Origin: Octopus sinensis
Lineage: Eukaryota
Direction of reading: 5' to 3'
NCBI RefSeq assembly: GCF_006345805.1
Contig: NC_043011.1
Location: 53,704,464 to 53,768,463, forward strand
Length of the DNA: 64,000 bases
Of the stretch, positions 1 to 12,819 are shown in pieces. How positions within the stretch are numbered: position 1 is the stretch's first letter; the number at the start of each line of letters is the position of its first letter. Both the position numbers and the translations under genes were made by a program. The notes below the pieces were generated by a model that made no database searches, had not been told where the DNA came from, and saw nothing but the letters and a program-made list of their open reading frames with translations.

Positions 1-120
1 GTTGGTGTATTTATGTCCCCATAACGTAATGGTTTGGAAAAAAAGACCAATAGAACAAGTACTAGGTTTAAAAAAAAAGTCCTGGCTACTGTCAAATAAG
101 TGAAACAAGTAAAAGAATGA
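1..120 (+). mobile_element. SINE family A, 3' part (cut by window edge)
   Basis: Matches the 3' half of other family A copies (ggtgtatttatgtcccc...aatagaacaagtactagg...tgaaacaagtaaaagaa). Confidence 0.8.
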
Positions 121-209
121 ATACACAGTGTACGTATGTGAGAGAGGAGTGAGTTGAGTTTGGTTTGAACGAAAAGGGATTCTGAGGTCCTGCAGTGGTT
201 ATATATATA

Positions 210-810
210 GGTGCAGGAGTGGCTGTGTGGTAAGAAGCTTGTTTACCAGCCACATGGTTCCGGGTTCAGTCCCACTGTGTGACACCTTGGGCAAGTGTCT
301 TCTACTATAGCCTTGAGCTGACCAAAGCCTTGTGAGTGGATTTGGTTGTCAGAAACTGAAAGAAGCCCATTGTATATATATATATATATATTATTTTTTT
401 TTTTTTTTTAGGGCACCAGTGCTGGTGGCATGTAAAAAGCACCCACTACACTCACAGAGTGGTTGGCATTAGGAAGAGCATCAAGCAGTAGAAACACTGC
501 CAGATCAGACTGGAGCCTGGTGCAGCCACCTGGCTTCCTAGACCCCAGTCGAACTGTCCAACCCATGCTAGCATGGAAAACGGACGTTAAATGATGATAT
601 GTGTCTGTGTTTGTCCCCACCACCACTTGACAACCAATGTTGGTGTGTTTATGTCCCCATAACTTAGCAGTTTGGCAAAAGAGATTAATAGAATAAGTAC
701 TATGCTTACAAAGAATAAGTCTTGGGATCTAGTTCTTCGACTAAAATCCTTCCAGACAGTGCTCTAGCATGGCTGAAGTCAGATGACTGAAACAAGTAAA
801 AAAAATAAAA
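210..810 (+). mobile_element. SINE family A split by an RTE-tail insertion
   Basis: tRNA-like head with A/B-box-like motifs (tggctgtgtgg, ggttcagtccc) at 210-375; 3' half at ~598-810; RTE 3' tail between, in the internal (TA)n. Confidence 0.85.
408..598 (+). mobile_element. RTE-type LINE 3' tail fragment
   Basis: ggttggcattaggaagagcatc...ggaaaacggacgttaaatgatgat; same tail ends the RT-coding copy at 53629-55148. Confidence 0.75.
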
Positions 811-982
811 TGATAATTAAAAACAAGATTTCTCTGTTTTCACTGAATTTTCCAATTTTTTGATCCCCTGAACTCTCATTCAATTATAAGTAACCAAATA
901 TTACAAAGATGTGCACCCTGAACTCTTTAGCGTTCAGATTATTTTATCAAATATTTAGATAATGTTTATTTATTTTATAATT

Positions 983-1120
983 CTTTATTGCCCACAAGGG
1001 GCTAAACATAGAGGGGACAAACAAGGACAGACAAAGGGATTAAGTCGATTATATCGACCCCAGTGCGTAACTGGTACTTATTTTATCGGCCCCAAAAGGA
1101 TAAAAGGCAAAGTTGACCTC
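983..1120 (-). mobile_element. MetaSINE-type element, 3' part
   Basis: Reverse complement matches 63611-63844 (actttgccttt.atcc..cgataaa.taagtaccag). Confidence 0.75.
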
Positions 1121-1160
1121 ATAAAATTTTGATGGAAGATTATAGCTAAGACCACTTTAA

Positions 1161-1375
1161 CCCTTTTGAGACACAGTGTTTTGGTATGTGTAGTCAAAAA
1201 GACCAACAATTTTTCCTATTGAGATATATCTACTGAAAGACGATCTCTGATTAGCTGTTACACTTCAAAACCAACCATTCACAAGATTTGTATCATCAGG
1301 CTGATGGATCGGCCTCAAAGTCCTTTCAGCTTGTGTCACTTGGGCCAATCAATTGGCCTGGGTGTCCCAAGAGGG
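1161..1375. mobile_element. piggyBac-type MITE
   Basis: TTAA on both flanks (1157-1160, 1376-1379); TIRs cccttttgagacac / gtgtcccaagaggg. Confidence 0.75.
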
Positions 1376-1645
1376 TTAAAAGAGTAAGTTTATATCATAG
1401 AACCTGGGGCACTCTCAGGCAGGTTGGTATCCAAAGGGTTAAGAGAGAAATATCAATAAAATGCCAGTTTTTGTGTTGTATGTTATTGAGTACAAAAATG
1501 CATTTTTGGTGCTATGACAAAAACCTTGCCTTCTTGAAAATCCTGCCATAATGCAGAATTCTTTAATGCAAAACTCATTTTCTTTTCACTGCCTTCCATG
1601 TTACATGGAAATCTATTAGGAACACACATGTGTTTTGTGTTACAG

Positions 1646-1692
1646 GAAGATTTTGAGGAATGTGATGCTTCTGTAATGCAGAAGATGGCAGT
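1646..1692 (+). CDS. Candidate isolated 47-nt exon (EDFEECDASVMQKMA), host gene unknown
   Basis: tgttttgtgttacAG acceptor and GTAAGT donor; one stop-free frame; unique sequence; no recognisable homology. Confidence 0.25.
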
Positions 1693-2424
1693 GTAAGTTT
1701 CCACAGCAAGTTTTATCGTGGATTTAATCAAATTTTAACTGTCGTTTATTTTATTATTGCTGAAGGGTGGAAAGATAATGTTAAGATTTGAACTCACACT
1801 CTTAAGAGAGAAATAGCTACTGCAAAACATTCCATCTGGCACTCTGCCAATTCTACTGCATTATATATGTAACAACCTTTCACTGTGGGCGAAGATAATA
1901 AAACCAAAATACCATTAATCTCTTTGAATGTTTTCCCAACATGGCAAGCCAGATAATAAAATCTTTGTTCTCATGTCTGATACAGTGCGAGGTTGTCACA
2001 CACAGATGACAAGGGAGACAACCTTGCTGCTTAGTCGTAACATTAGTGCTGTGTCAATCAATCAGCTTAGAAGTTGTCAGTAATGCTTCTTCTAGCAGCC
2101 AACTCTTTCAGAAGTGTGTAAGCACAGCAAGCATTGATTGGTTGAGTAGAGACGTGATTTAAGTCGAAATAGAAGGATTAACGAATTCAATTTAAATAAC
2201 ACGCCTGTAATATCAGAACGATAGACACTAGCAGGAAATTAGTTATATAGATTAAAAAATAATTTTTTTACAGAATACTCTAATCTTAAATAATATATAT
2301 ATATAGTTATTATAACCATATAGTAAATATATGGTATATCTATTATACTTATATATAATACCAGATAATATATATAATACCAGTATAGAATATAAAATAT
2401 ATATCATTTGACAACTATAACTAT

Positions 2425-2465
<41 letters not shown>

Positions 2466-2604
2466 ATGAGATTGTCATCATTTAACATCCATTTTCCATG
2501 AGTTGGACAGTTTAATAGGAGTGGTAAGCCAGAGGACTGTATCAAGCTCTATATACTTATAATACTGAATACATACATACATACATACATATATATATAT
2601 AATT

Positions 2605-2856
2605 ACAGGTGAAGGCTGGTTTATAGGCTTACCCTGGGTTTCTCACCATAGAGGGTACCTTTATAGTGTATCTTCAGACCTTAAGACCTGTTGGCCTATG
2701 ATCTCTTTGAAATATGGGAAACCTCTGAGGCACTGGATGACAAACCATATTTTAATGAAGTCATAGGCCAATGGATTTTAGGGTGTGAAGATACGCTATA
2801 AAGGTATCCTTTATGACAAGAAACCCAGGGTAACCCTAGAAATGGCCTTCACCAGT
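2605..2856. mobile_element. MITE with ~100-bp imperfect TIRs
   Basis: acaggtgaaggc...ttaccctgggtttct...cctttatagtgtatcttca mirrored by tgaagatacgctataaagg...agaaacccagggtaa...gccttcaccagt; TSD unclear. Confidence 0.7.
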
Positions 2857-2924
2857 CATAAATATAGACCAATCTACTTGGGATGCTTCTATTCTGAATT
2901 TTATGTTTTTCTCAAAAATGATTA

Positions 2925-3031
2925 TATATATATGTGATATTGTATTGTATATGTATTATATATATATACGATATTGTATATGCATTATATATATGATATT
3001 GTATATGCATTATATATATATATATATGTTG

Positions 3032-3072
<41 letters not shown>

Positions 3073-3178
3073 TGCATTATAATATACATAGTATTGTATC
3101 TGTATATATATATATATATGATATTGTTATAGCATTATATATATATTATATACATATATATATAGCTATATTATATCT

Positions 3179-3221
<43 letters not shown>

Positions 3222-3468
3222 GCATTATATATATATGGTATTGTATATGTATTATATATATAATATTATATATGCATTATATATATATGATATTGTATGC
3301 ATTATATATATATATATATATTATATATATATGATATTGTATATGCATTATATATATCTATTATATATGCATTATATATATATTATATATGCATTATATA
3401 TATATGGTATTGTATATATATTATATATATATGATATTGTATAGCATCATATATATGATATTATTATA

Positions 3469-3508
<40 letters not shown>

Positions 3509-3540
3509 GTATATATATAAATATATATACACATACATAG
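2925..3540. repeat. Degenerate (TA)n / ~25-bp AT-rich minisatellite
   Basis: Recurring gatattgtatatgcattatatatat unit. Confidence 0.85.
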
Positions 3541-3786
3541 GGACTCCTTCAGTGATAGCTGACCATGGGTCTCTAACGCACTTTGTAGATGATTTGAAAT
3601 ACTGTGTAAAGTTAACGAATTTATTACATGACAGCTCTTTTTCTCTCTCTCTCTTTATGAACAGCAAAATGGCTTAGTCTGGCTTGATACCAGCACATGC
3701 ATTATTGTCAATGCATACATACACTGTTATGGAAATTAAACTCACCAGTTCAGCTCCGTGTGTTTTGATATTAGATGTAATAGACT

Positions 3787-4185
3787 GGCATGGGGGTGGC
3801 TGTGTGGTGGGAAGCTTCCTTCCCAACCACATGGTTCTGGGTTCAGTCTCACGGTATGGCACCTTGTGCAAGTGTCTTCTCCTATAGTCTCCAGCTGACC
3901 AGAGCTTTGTGAGTGGATTTGGTAGGTGGAAACTGAAAGAAGCTTGTCATGTATGTGTTTGTGTGTGTCGTTGTGTCTGTGTTTGTCCCTCACCACCACT
4001 TGACAACTGGTATTGGTGTGTTTACGTCCCCGTCACTTAGCGGTTCGGCAAAAGCAACCAATAGAATAAGAACCAGGCTTTTAAAAAAAACAAAAAAGTC
4101 CTGTGGTCGATTCATTCAACTAGAATCTTTTCAAGGCAGTGCTCCAGCATGGCCACAGTCTAATGACTGAAACAAGTAAAAGATG
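3787..4185 (+). mobile_element. SINE family A, full length
   Basis: Head, ccttgtgcaagtgtcttct core, internal (TG)n, tail ccagcatggccacagtc..gactgaaacaagtaaaag. Confidence 0.9.
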
Positions 4186-4545
4186 AAAGGCAAGCAAATA
4201 ACCCGACTATGAACAGAAGATGGGTAACCTTTCTCTTGTGAAAATCTAACAAGGATAGGGACTAAGCAATGAGGTTGGTCTCTTTTTATGTCTATCTTTT
4301 CTCTCTTTTGGAAATCAATATTTTTACTATCGTCAAGTTCAAATTCCGCCAAGGTTGACTTTGCCTTTCATCCCTTTTGCAGTCGATCAAACAAGTACCA
4401 GTTGAGCACAGGAATCCATGTAATAGGCTTACCCACTCCCACCAAATTGTAGGGCTTGTGTCAAAATTTGAAATCATTATTTTGTGCATCATTATTATGT
4501 GGGTTAAGCAAAAGGGGAAATAATTTTAAATGTTCATGACTTATA

Positions 4546-4960
4546 GGCGCAGGAGTGGCTGTGTGGTAAGTAACTTGCTAACCAACCATATGGTTCCGGG
4601 TTCAGTCCCACTGCGTGGCATCTTGGGCAAGTGTCTACTGCTATAGCCCCAGGCCGACCAATGCCTTGTGAGTGGATTTGGTGGACGGAAACTGAAAGAA
4701 GCCTGTCGTATATATGTATATATATATGTGTGTGTGTGTGTTTGCGTGTCCGTGTTTGTCACCCTAGCATTGCTTGACAACTGATGCTGGTGTGTTTACG
4801 TCCCCGTCACTTAGCGGTTCGGCAAAAGAGACCGATAGAATAAGTACTGGGCTTAGAAAAAGATAAGTCTCAGGGTCGATTTGCTCGACTGAAGGCGGTG
4901 CTCCAGCATGGCCGCAGTCAAATGACTGAAACAAGTAAAAGAGTAAAGAGTAAAGAGAGT
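4546..4960 (+). mobile_element. SINE family A, full length
   Basis: ggcgcaggagtggctgtgtgg head to (aaagagt)n tail. Confidence 0.92.
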
Positions 4961-5021
4961 ATTAGATTTTGTCAGTCAAAGAATGGCCTTCATTATTACT
5001 TGCTGGCTCTGTAAGGACTTG

Positions 5022-5447
5022 TTTACTCTTTACTCTTTTACTCTTTTACTTGTTTCAGTCATTTGACTGCGGCCATGCTGGAGCACCGCCTTTAGTCGAG
5101 TAAATCGACTCCAGGACTTATTCTTTTTCTAAGCCCAGTACTTATTCTATCGGTCTCTTTTGCCGAACCGCTAAGTGACGGGGACATAAACACACCAGCA
5201 TCGGTTGTCAAGCAATACTAGGGAGACAAACACAGACACACAAACACATACACACACATACATATATATATATATACATATATACGACAGGCTTCTTTCA
5301 GTTTCCGTCTACCAAATCCACTCAAAAGGCTTTGGTCAGCCTGAGGCTATAGTAGAAGACACTTGCTCAAGGTGCCACACAGTGGGACTCAACCCAGAAC
5401 CATGTGGTTGGTTAGCAAGCTACTTACCACACAGCCACTCTTGCGCC
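5022..5447 (-). mobile_element. SINE family A, full length, tail-to-tail with 4546-4960
   Basis: Reverse complement of the preceding copy. Confidence 0.92.
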
Positions 5448-5764
5448 TACTGTGTAGAAATGTTGGACCAAGGGAGGGAAATTTCAATAGCTGACTGGGT
5501 AACGATGCCCAACACAACCTACACATATCACAGGCTAAAAACACTAGGTTATTGTTGTTTAACCCATGGTCAGCTTTGATTAAGTAGACCCATGATCAAA
5601 GGCTTTCTAACCATAATCATCCTGCTTTGCATTCAAACATAACACAGCTAGGACTAAATTATTGAAACTGTCTTTTTTTTCTGTTTTAACCTTTCTGTTA
5701 CCATATTTCTATTGAAATATGTTATCATTTTTTTTCAATTAATTTTCGAAATAATGAATAATTA

Positions 5765-6167
5765 GGCACAGGACTGGCTGTGTGGTAAGTAGCTTGCTTA
5801 CCAACCACATGGTTTGGGTTCAGTCCCACTGCATGGCACCTTGGGCAAGTGTTTTCTACTATAGCTTCAGGCTGACCAAAGCCTTGTGAGTGAATTTGGT
5901 AGATGGAACTGAAAGAAGCCCGTCGTATATATATATATATATTTGTGTGCGTATTTGTGTGTCTGTCTTTGTGCCCCCCAACATCGCTTGACAACCGATG
6001 CTGGTGTGATGACATCCCTGTAACTTAGCGGTTTGGCAAGAGAGAACTGACAGAATAAGTACTAGGCTTACAACGAATAAGTCTTGGGGTCGATTTCCTC
6101 GACTAAAGGTGGTGCTCCAGCATGGCTGCAGTCAAATGACTGAAACAAGTAAAAGAATAAAAGAGTA
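5765..6167 (+). mobile_element. SINE family A within a piggyBac-like MITE relic
   Basis: Full family A sequence; flanks resemble 58794-59014 (ttaacc.tt..gttaccatattt; gtaaaataact..c.ttaagctg). Confidence 0.85.
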
Positions 6168-6451
6168 ATTTAGTAAAATAACTATCAGTATTAAGCTGAT
6201 GTTTGGAACATAAACTAACATAAAATTTTGCTTGAAGGTTTTCATTTAGATCCCTTTAACCCTTTAGTTACCATATTTCTCTTGAAACACACTACATTTG
6301 TTTCGGTTAATTTTGAAAAGAATGAAGTATTTATTATAGAGATGTACTTGCATAGCAAGTGACCTGATCTGAGATCGTGTGCTGGAATGAAAACAGTTGC
6401 AGCGTGGAAGGTGTTTATAAGCCATTTAAGGAACACGCAAAAACCGTTAGA

Positions 6452-6672
6452 GTCATCATCATCATCATCATCATCATTTAGCGTCTGCTTTCCATTCTAG
6501 CATGGGTTCAAACGGTTCAACTGGAGTCTGTGAAGCCAGAAGGCTGCATCAGGCCCAGTCTGATCTGAAGTGTTTCTACGGCTGGATGCACTTCCTAACG
6601 CCAACCACTTCGTGAGTGTAGTGGGTGCTTTTTACGTGCCACCCGCACAGGTGCCAGACGGAGCTGGCAAAC
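6452..6672 (-). mobile_element. RTE-type 3' tail
   Basis: (cat)n ttagcgtctgctttccat...ggatgcacttcctaacgccaacc. Confidence 0.8.
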
Positions 6673-7040
6673 GGATGGATGGATTCACTTCATGGAATTT
6701 TGTCCATGAACAGGTTGCGGTCTCAAAGCGACAAAAATATTTTAACAAATTAAATTGAAATGTTGAAGTGAATCTAACGGTTTTTGAAGTATTTAATAAA
6801 ATAGCTTTGTCGTTATTAAGCTGGAGTTTAGAAGATAAAGTAGCATGAAATTTTGATTAAAGATTTAGTCATTTAGCATTTAAACTAGCTTATATCCAGC
6901 CCAAATATCCTACCTGTTTTATATTTAAACCAACCAGATCCAGCTTATCACACCTACCCTACAATGTCCTTCTAAAAATATGCAATCATATCATCATAGT
7001 TTCAAAGTTGCAAGATAAAGCATGATTAATTAAAAACAAT

Positions 7041-7449
7041 TACTCTTTACTCTTTAGTCTTTTACTTGTTTCATTCATTTGACTGTGGCCATGCTGGAGC
7101 ACCACCTTTAGTTGAGCAAATCAACCCTAGGACTTATTCTTTGTAAGCCTAGTACTTATTCTATCGGTCTCTTTTGCCAAACCGCTAAGTTACAGAGATG
7201 TAAACACACCAGCATCGGTTGTCAAGTGATGTTGGGGGGACGAACACAGATACACAAACATATACGCGCACACATACATATATATATACGACGGGATTCT
7301 TTCAGTTTCCATCTACCAAATCCACTCACAAGGCTTTGGTCGGCCCGAGGCTATAGTAGAAGACACTTGCCCAAGGTGCCACGCAGTGGGACTGAACCTG
7401 GAAACGTGGTTGGTAAGCAAGATACTTACCACACAGCCACTCCTATGCC
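7041..7449 (-). mobile_element. SINE family A, full length
   Basis: Reverse-complement match to family A. Confidence 0.9.
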
Positions 7450-7989
7450 TATGTGAATGAAAAAAAACAACATTACATTTGACAAAACAATGTGGATGCT
7501 AAAAGGGTTAAATTCAAATCCCTTTGAAACCGGAATTATGATGCATCATAGAAAGAACTAGGGTGGGCATAGATGGGTTGGCATGAAAAGTGTTAGGAGT
7601 GTCTTTTGAGAGAAAAACAGATAATTTGGCTGCTATTTTTGCAGGCCATGCAACCACATATCTCCTTCCTTGTAAGGCAGCAGACTGAACTCATTATGGA
7701 ATTTAGTTTTGTCCTATGTTCTCAGTTCAGATTCTAAAAGAGCTGACTTTATCTTTTATTCTTTCTGGGTTGATAAAGTAAGCGCCAACACATGTACCGA
7801 AGTTGATTCAATTACCCTGCTCCCTCCCCCCGCTCCACCCGCTCCACCTGCACAGACACACAGACTTCCTGACAAATTTCTGTTCTTGTGTCTTTACAAG
7901 TAATCATTATTTATTAAGCTGAACTCTTGAATTCTGTAGCCTCTGTCGCCACCACCATCACCATCACAACACAACCCATGTAATATGTA

Positions 7990-8045
7990 GGTATATGAAT
8001 ATATATCTGTGTGTGTATATGAGTGTATGTATTCGTATATACAGC

Positions 8046-8091
<46 letters not shown>

Positions 8092-8843
8092 GGTATATAT
8101 AGGTATATTGATGTATATATATATATATATATAATATATATATGTGTATGTATATGTATGCATATGTATATATATGTGTGTATGTGTATAAATATATGTA
8201 TATGTGTTTATGTATAAATATATATAGGTGTGTATGTATAAATATATGTATAAATGTTTATGTATAAATATATATATGTGTGTATGTATGTATGTGCATA
8301 GATATAATATATATATATATATAAGAATATTTGTTTATGTGTATATATATATACACACACATGTATGTATATGCATATATATATATATATACACATACAC
8401 ACACACACATATATATGTATACACACATACATATAGTGGCTCACATACAGCTAAATCCTGTGCATATTAAATATTAAAAGACATATTATGTTATATACAC
8501 ACACACCTATATACGTAACACACACACATGTATATACACATGCATATGTTTAGTAACTCCAACTTAAATCCTGTGCATTCATACATACATACATACATGC
8601 ATACATACATACATGCATACATACATGCCTACATACATACAAACATACATACATACATACATACATGCATACATACATACATACATACAAACATACATGC
8701 ATGCATGCATACATACATACCTACATACATAATACATACATACATACATACATACATACAAACATACATACATGCATACATACATGCATACATACATACA
8801 TACATACATGCATGCATGCATACATACATACATACCTACATAC

Positions 8844-8909
<66 letters not shown>

Positions 8910-9066
8910 ATACATACATACATACCTACATACATACATACATACATACATACATACATACATACATACATACATACATACATACAAACATACATACCTA
9001 CATGCATACATAATACATACCTACATACATAATACATACATACATACATACCTACATACCTACACA

Positions 9067-9103
<37 letters not shown>

Positions 9104-9187
9104 CATATATATATATATATACATACATACATACATACCTACATACACACATACATACATACATAAATACATACATACATACATACA

Positions 9188-9218
<31 letters not shown>

Positions 9219-9250
9219 GTTGTACGTATGTATATATATATGTATATATA
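7990..9250. repeat. Compound (TA)/(TG)/(CA)/(CATA)n microsatellite block
   Basis: Long (CATA)n at 8575-9220 with an internally repeated (CA)n(TA)n module. Confidence 0.95.
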
Positions 9251-9386
9251 TAGGTAAAGCGAGGACTAAAGATGCAGAAGCAAAAAGAAAAATTGTGAAC
9301 ACACACGATTTAAATATCTAATGAATAACTTTGTAGAACTTTTTTTTTTTTTTCCTAAATTTTCCCTCCATTATTTTCCTTCATTC

Positions 9387-9425
<39 letters not shown>

Positions 9426-9889
9426 TCCTCTTCGGAACTTTCACGAGAATTCTCTCCATCACACTGTCTCCATATCTATCATTTATTTCTAGTTTATCGC
9501 CCGAACCCCGCTCCCCGCTCCCCGCCCGCTCCCCCCCCCCCCATCCCGTCCCCTCGCCCCCCCACTCCGCCACTCCAGCACGTGCCCACCCACCCTCTCG
9601 CACCTCCACCTCCGCCGCTTCTTGATAATTTTCTTTCCTATGATGATTATAATCTGCGGATCAGTCCGTATGCTGCGTATTCGCAGAATCAGCAACATTT
9701 TAAGCTCTTACAAAACATTTTTATTGCTCGTTTCCTCATAGAACTTTTGTGGGTTTGTTTTTTGTCTTTTTTGTATTTTGTGTTGTTTTCTGTTTTGTTT
9801 TGTTTTTGTTTTTGTTACATAATAGTGACAACACATCTTCTTTACTTTAACTCTTCAGTATAGTTCGTTGGCAGCACCATGTAATCCCC

Positions 9890-9914
9890 CACCACTACCA
9901 CCACCACCACCACC

Positions 9915-9964
<50 letters not shown>

Positions 9965-10149
9965 CAACACCGCTCCACCACTACTACCACTACTGTTACT
10001 GCTGCAGCTGCCACTACAAATATCACCACACACCACCACTATCACCACTACTACTGTTACCAATACTACAACCACCACCACCACCACCATCACAACCACT
10101 ACTATCACTACTAAAACTACCACTATCATCACCACTAGTTCTACTACTC

Positions 10150-10187
<38 letters not shown>

Positions 10188-10215
10188 GCTACTGCTGCTG
10201 CTGCTGCTGCTGCTA

Positions 10216-10257
<42 letters not shown>

Positions 10258-10290
10258 CACCACCAGCATCACCTCTGCTGCTGCAGCTGC
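9890..10290. repeat. (CAC)n/(CTA)n/(CTG)n triplet block
   Basis: Directly visible triplet runs. Confidence 0.95.
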
Positions 10291-10464
10291 AACTTCATAA
10301 AATGCTTATTTGACTACAAATCAAGTTTTGTAAATATCAAAATTCCATTGAAATTCTGATAATGGTCTGACTGTGATGGCAGCTTTTAGTCTCGAGGAGA
10401 ATTTGGTAAGTTCAACTACCCTGGCAGACTGAAAGTGAGGAAAAGAAAGAAAGAGAGAGGGAGG

Positions 10465-10499
<35 letters not shown>

Positions 10500-10599
10500 T
10501 GGTGTTGTTGCTGTTACATCATCGTCATCACCATCATCATCACCAACATCATCACTATTATCATCGTTGTCATCGTCGTCACTACCAAATTTTGGCACG

Positions 10600-10785
10600 A
10601 GGCCAGCAATTCTGGGTGAGGGTGTAAACCAATTACACCGACCCCAGTGCTCGACTGGTACTTATTTTATTGACCCAGAAAGGCAAAGTCAACCACAGAA
10701 GAATTTGAACTCAGAACGTAACGACAGATGAAATGGCGCTAAGCATTTTGCCTGGCATGCTAATGATTCTGCCAGTTCACTGCCT
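10600..10785 (-). mobile_element. MetaSINE-type element
   Basis: Reverse complement aggcagtgaactggcagaatc...ctgagttcaaatt...gactttgcctt...aagtaccag. Confidence 0.8.
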
Positions 10786-10936
10786 ACAACCAGCTTGTAA
10801 TATTGTCCATCTATTGTGCTCTTTGCCTGCCTCTTGATCAACTGCCATCTATTCCTCCTTGCTTGACCTCTTCTTTTCCAGACCTCTGCTTCTTTGAATG
10901 TGGCCGTAATAGATGAGCTTTCGTTTCTTCACAATA
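10780..10936 (-). mobile_element. RTE-like RT C-terminal fragment, copy 1
   Basis: Minus strand IVKKRKLIYYGHIQRSRGLEK; near-identical copy at 11671-11827. Confidence 0.6.
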
Positions 10937-11670
10937 TTCAGGAGTTCTAATTTTCCACCTACATGTTGTAACACCCATTTATTTGTCCAATGGTCCTCAG
11001 AAGAGACTCATAATATTCTTCTATACATTTTGAAGACAGTGGTTCTCGAACAAGATGGATAAGGCACTTGTCTACCAGCTTAAAAGCCACACCTTGTGTG
11101 GACTTTTAAGCTGGCTCCTGTGGAGGGCCAATTGGGCCTGTGGCCTAAAACTAAAGATAGCTATATAGCACTATAATAGATCTATAATGACTATATGCCC
11201 TGGTGGTGTTTAATTAGAGATTAAGGACAAATGAGAATTAATTCCGTAATGCAATCATTCTATTGTTCCAGTCCCAATTTGAATTGCAGCTGTTGGCCAA
11301 TTTGTACCAAAGTTCTTATCTTGATGTAAAATCAACAAAGTGAATTTCATTTATCTTCCTCTTGATCTCTGACATCATCTGACAAACACCAACCAAGATG
11401 GTGTGAATCAGCCAAGCTTTACCTGTTAGAAATAGCAATCCAAATGCTTTTAAATCAGATCCCAATACTGGATGTTCAAGAACCAAATGAAGGACAGGTT
11501 TTCAATCCCAGGATCATCTATGTTGAGCAAATGTAGTCTGAGATACAGGGGTCCCAGACAGACAGAATTTGCTTTTATTATACTCTATGGCATCAGAAAA
11601 TCTATTCTAATGCTTGAATGTCTTGAAAAAAGTATGTTGCAAGCATGTAAGATGGCTAAAACAAGATAAG

Positions 11671-11827
11671 CTGCCTTCAACCAGCTTGTAATATTGTCCA
11701 TTCATTGTGCTCTTTGCCTGCCTCTTGATCAACTGCCCTCTGTTCCTCCTTGCATGACCTCTTCTTTTCCAGGCCTCTGCTTCTTTGAATAAGGCCGTAA
11801 TAGATGAGCTTTTGTTTCTTCACAATA
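11671..11827 (-). mobile_element. RTE-like RT C-terminal fragment, copy 2
   Basis: High-identity duplicate of 10780-10936. Confidence 0.6.
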
Positions 11828-11829
11828 CA

Positions 11830-12118
11830 GGCGTAGGTGTGGCTGTGTGGAAAGTAGCTTGCTTACCAACCACATGGTTCCTGGGTTCAGTCCTACTGCA
11901 TGGCACCTTGGGCAAGTGTCTTCTACTATAGCCTCAGGCCGACCAAAGCCTTGTGAGTGGATTTGGTAGACAGAAACTGAAAGAAGCCCGTCGTATATAT
12001 GACTTTGCCTTTTGTCCTATCGGAGGTCAATATATTGAGTACCAGTGAAACCCTGAGGTCGATGTAATCAACTTGTCCCCTCCCACCCGAATTTCAGGCC
12101 TGGTGCCTTTTGTAGAAA
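11830..12118 (+). mobile_element. SINE family A 5' half fused to MetaSINE core fragment
   Basis: Family A head to gtcgtatatat, then gactttgcctttt..gagtaccag. Confidence 0.75.
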
Positions 12119-12758
12119 GGGTATTAAACTGAGTTTGGAACGTAAATCAACCTGAAATTTTGGTGGAAAATCTTAAATTAGATTATTTTAAAACCAGAGA
12201 TTTGCATCATAGAACAAGGAGCCCCTTTAGGTAGGTTGATATCAAATGTGTTAATAGTCGAATTAATCTTGGATTAATGGAATTCCATGTTTAGCCCTAT
12301 ATCAGTATTTGTCAAGGACTGGGGAAAAAAAGAAAAGAAAGTGGGGCTGACAACTTGGCCATTTTTTCTAAAATTCAGATGGTTTCACATTTTTTAAAGA
12401 TGTCCAACACCATGGGGGATATAAAAGAACTATAGGAATGAAAGCTCTTTTTGGTCTTCTCTATAAGGAAGAGTTAGCGAAGGAAGAGGATAAGTTTTTA
12501 CCGATATATTTTGTGGGTTGGACATGTGGAAGGTTGTGGCATTTATCTGTTTAAGAATCACTGCCAAAGGTAGCAGCAGTGCTTTTCATCTTGCAGCCTT
12601 ACTTTCTCTTGTGTAAGGTGTGTATATATTCCATCATGTTTCATTCCATTTAATTTATTTTCAATGTAAACTGTACCACACTTTTAATCACAGCATAACC
12701 ATGAAATGTCATTTTTGTCATCCAAATAAAGGAAAATGTAAAAAAATTATTATTGTTG

Positions 12759-12819
<61 letters not shown>

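Noticed and set aside
11075-11115. Small near-perfect hairpin (cagcttaaaagccacac...gtgtggacttttaagctg)
   Set aside because: Isolated and too short to call a miRNA or terminator; probably a MITE remnant
12378-12560. Open frame DGFTFFKDVQHHGGYKRTIGMK after a ttcAG
   Set aside because: No convincing donor and no recognisable homology
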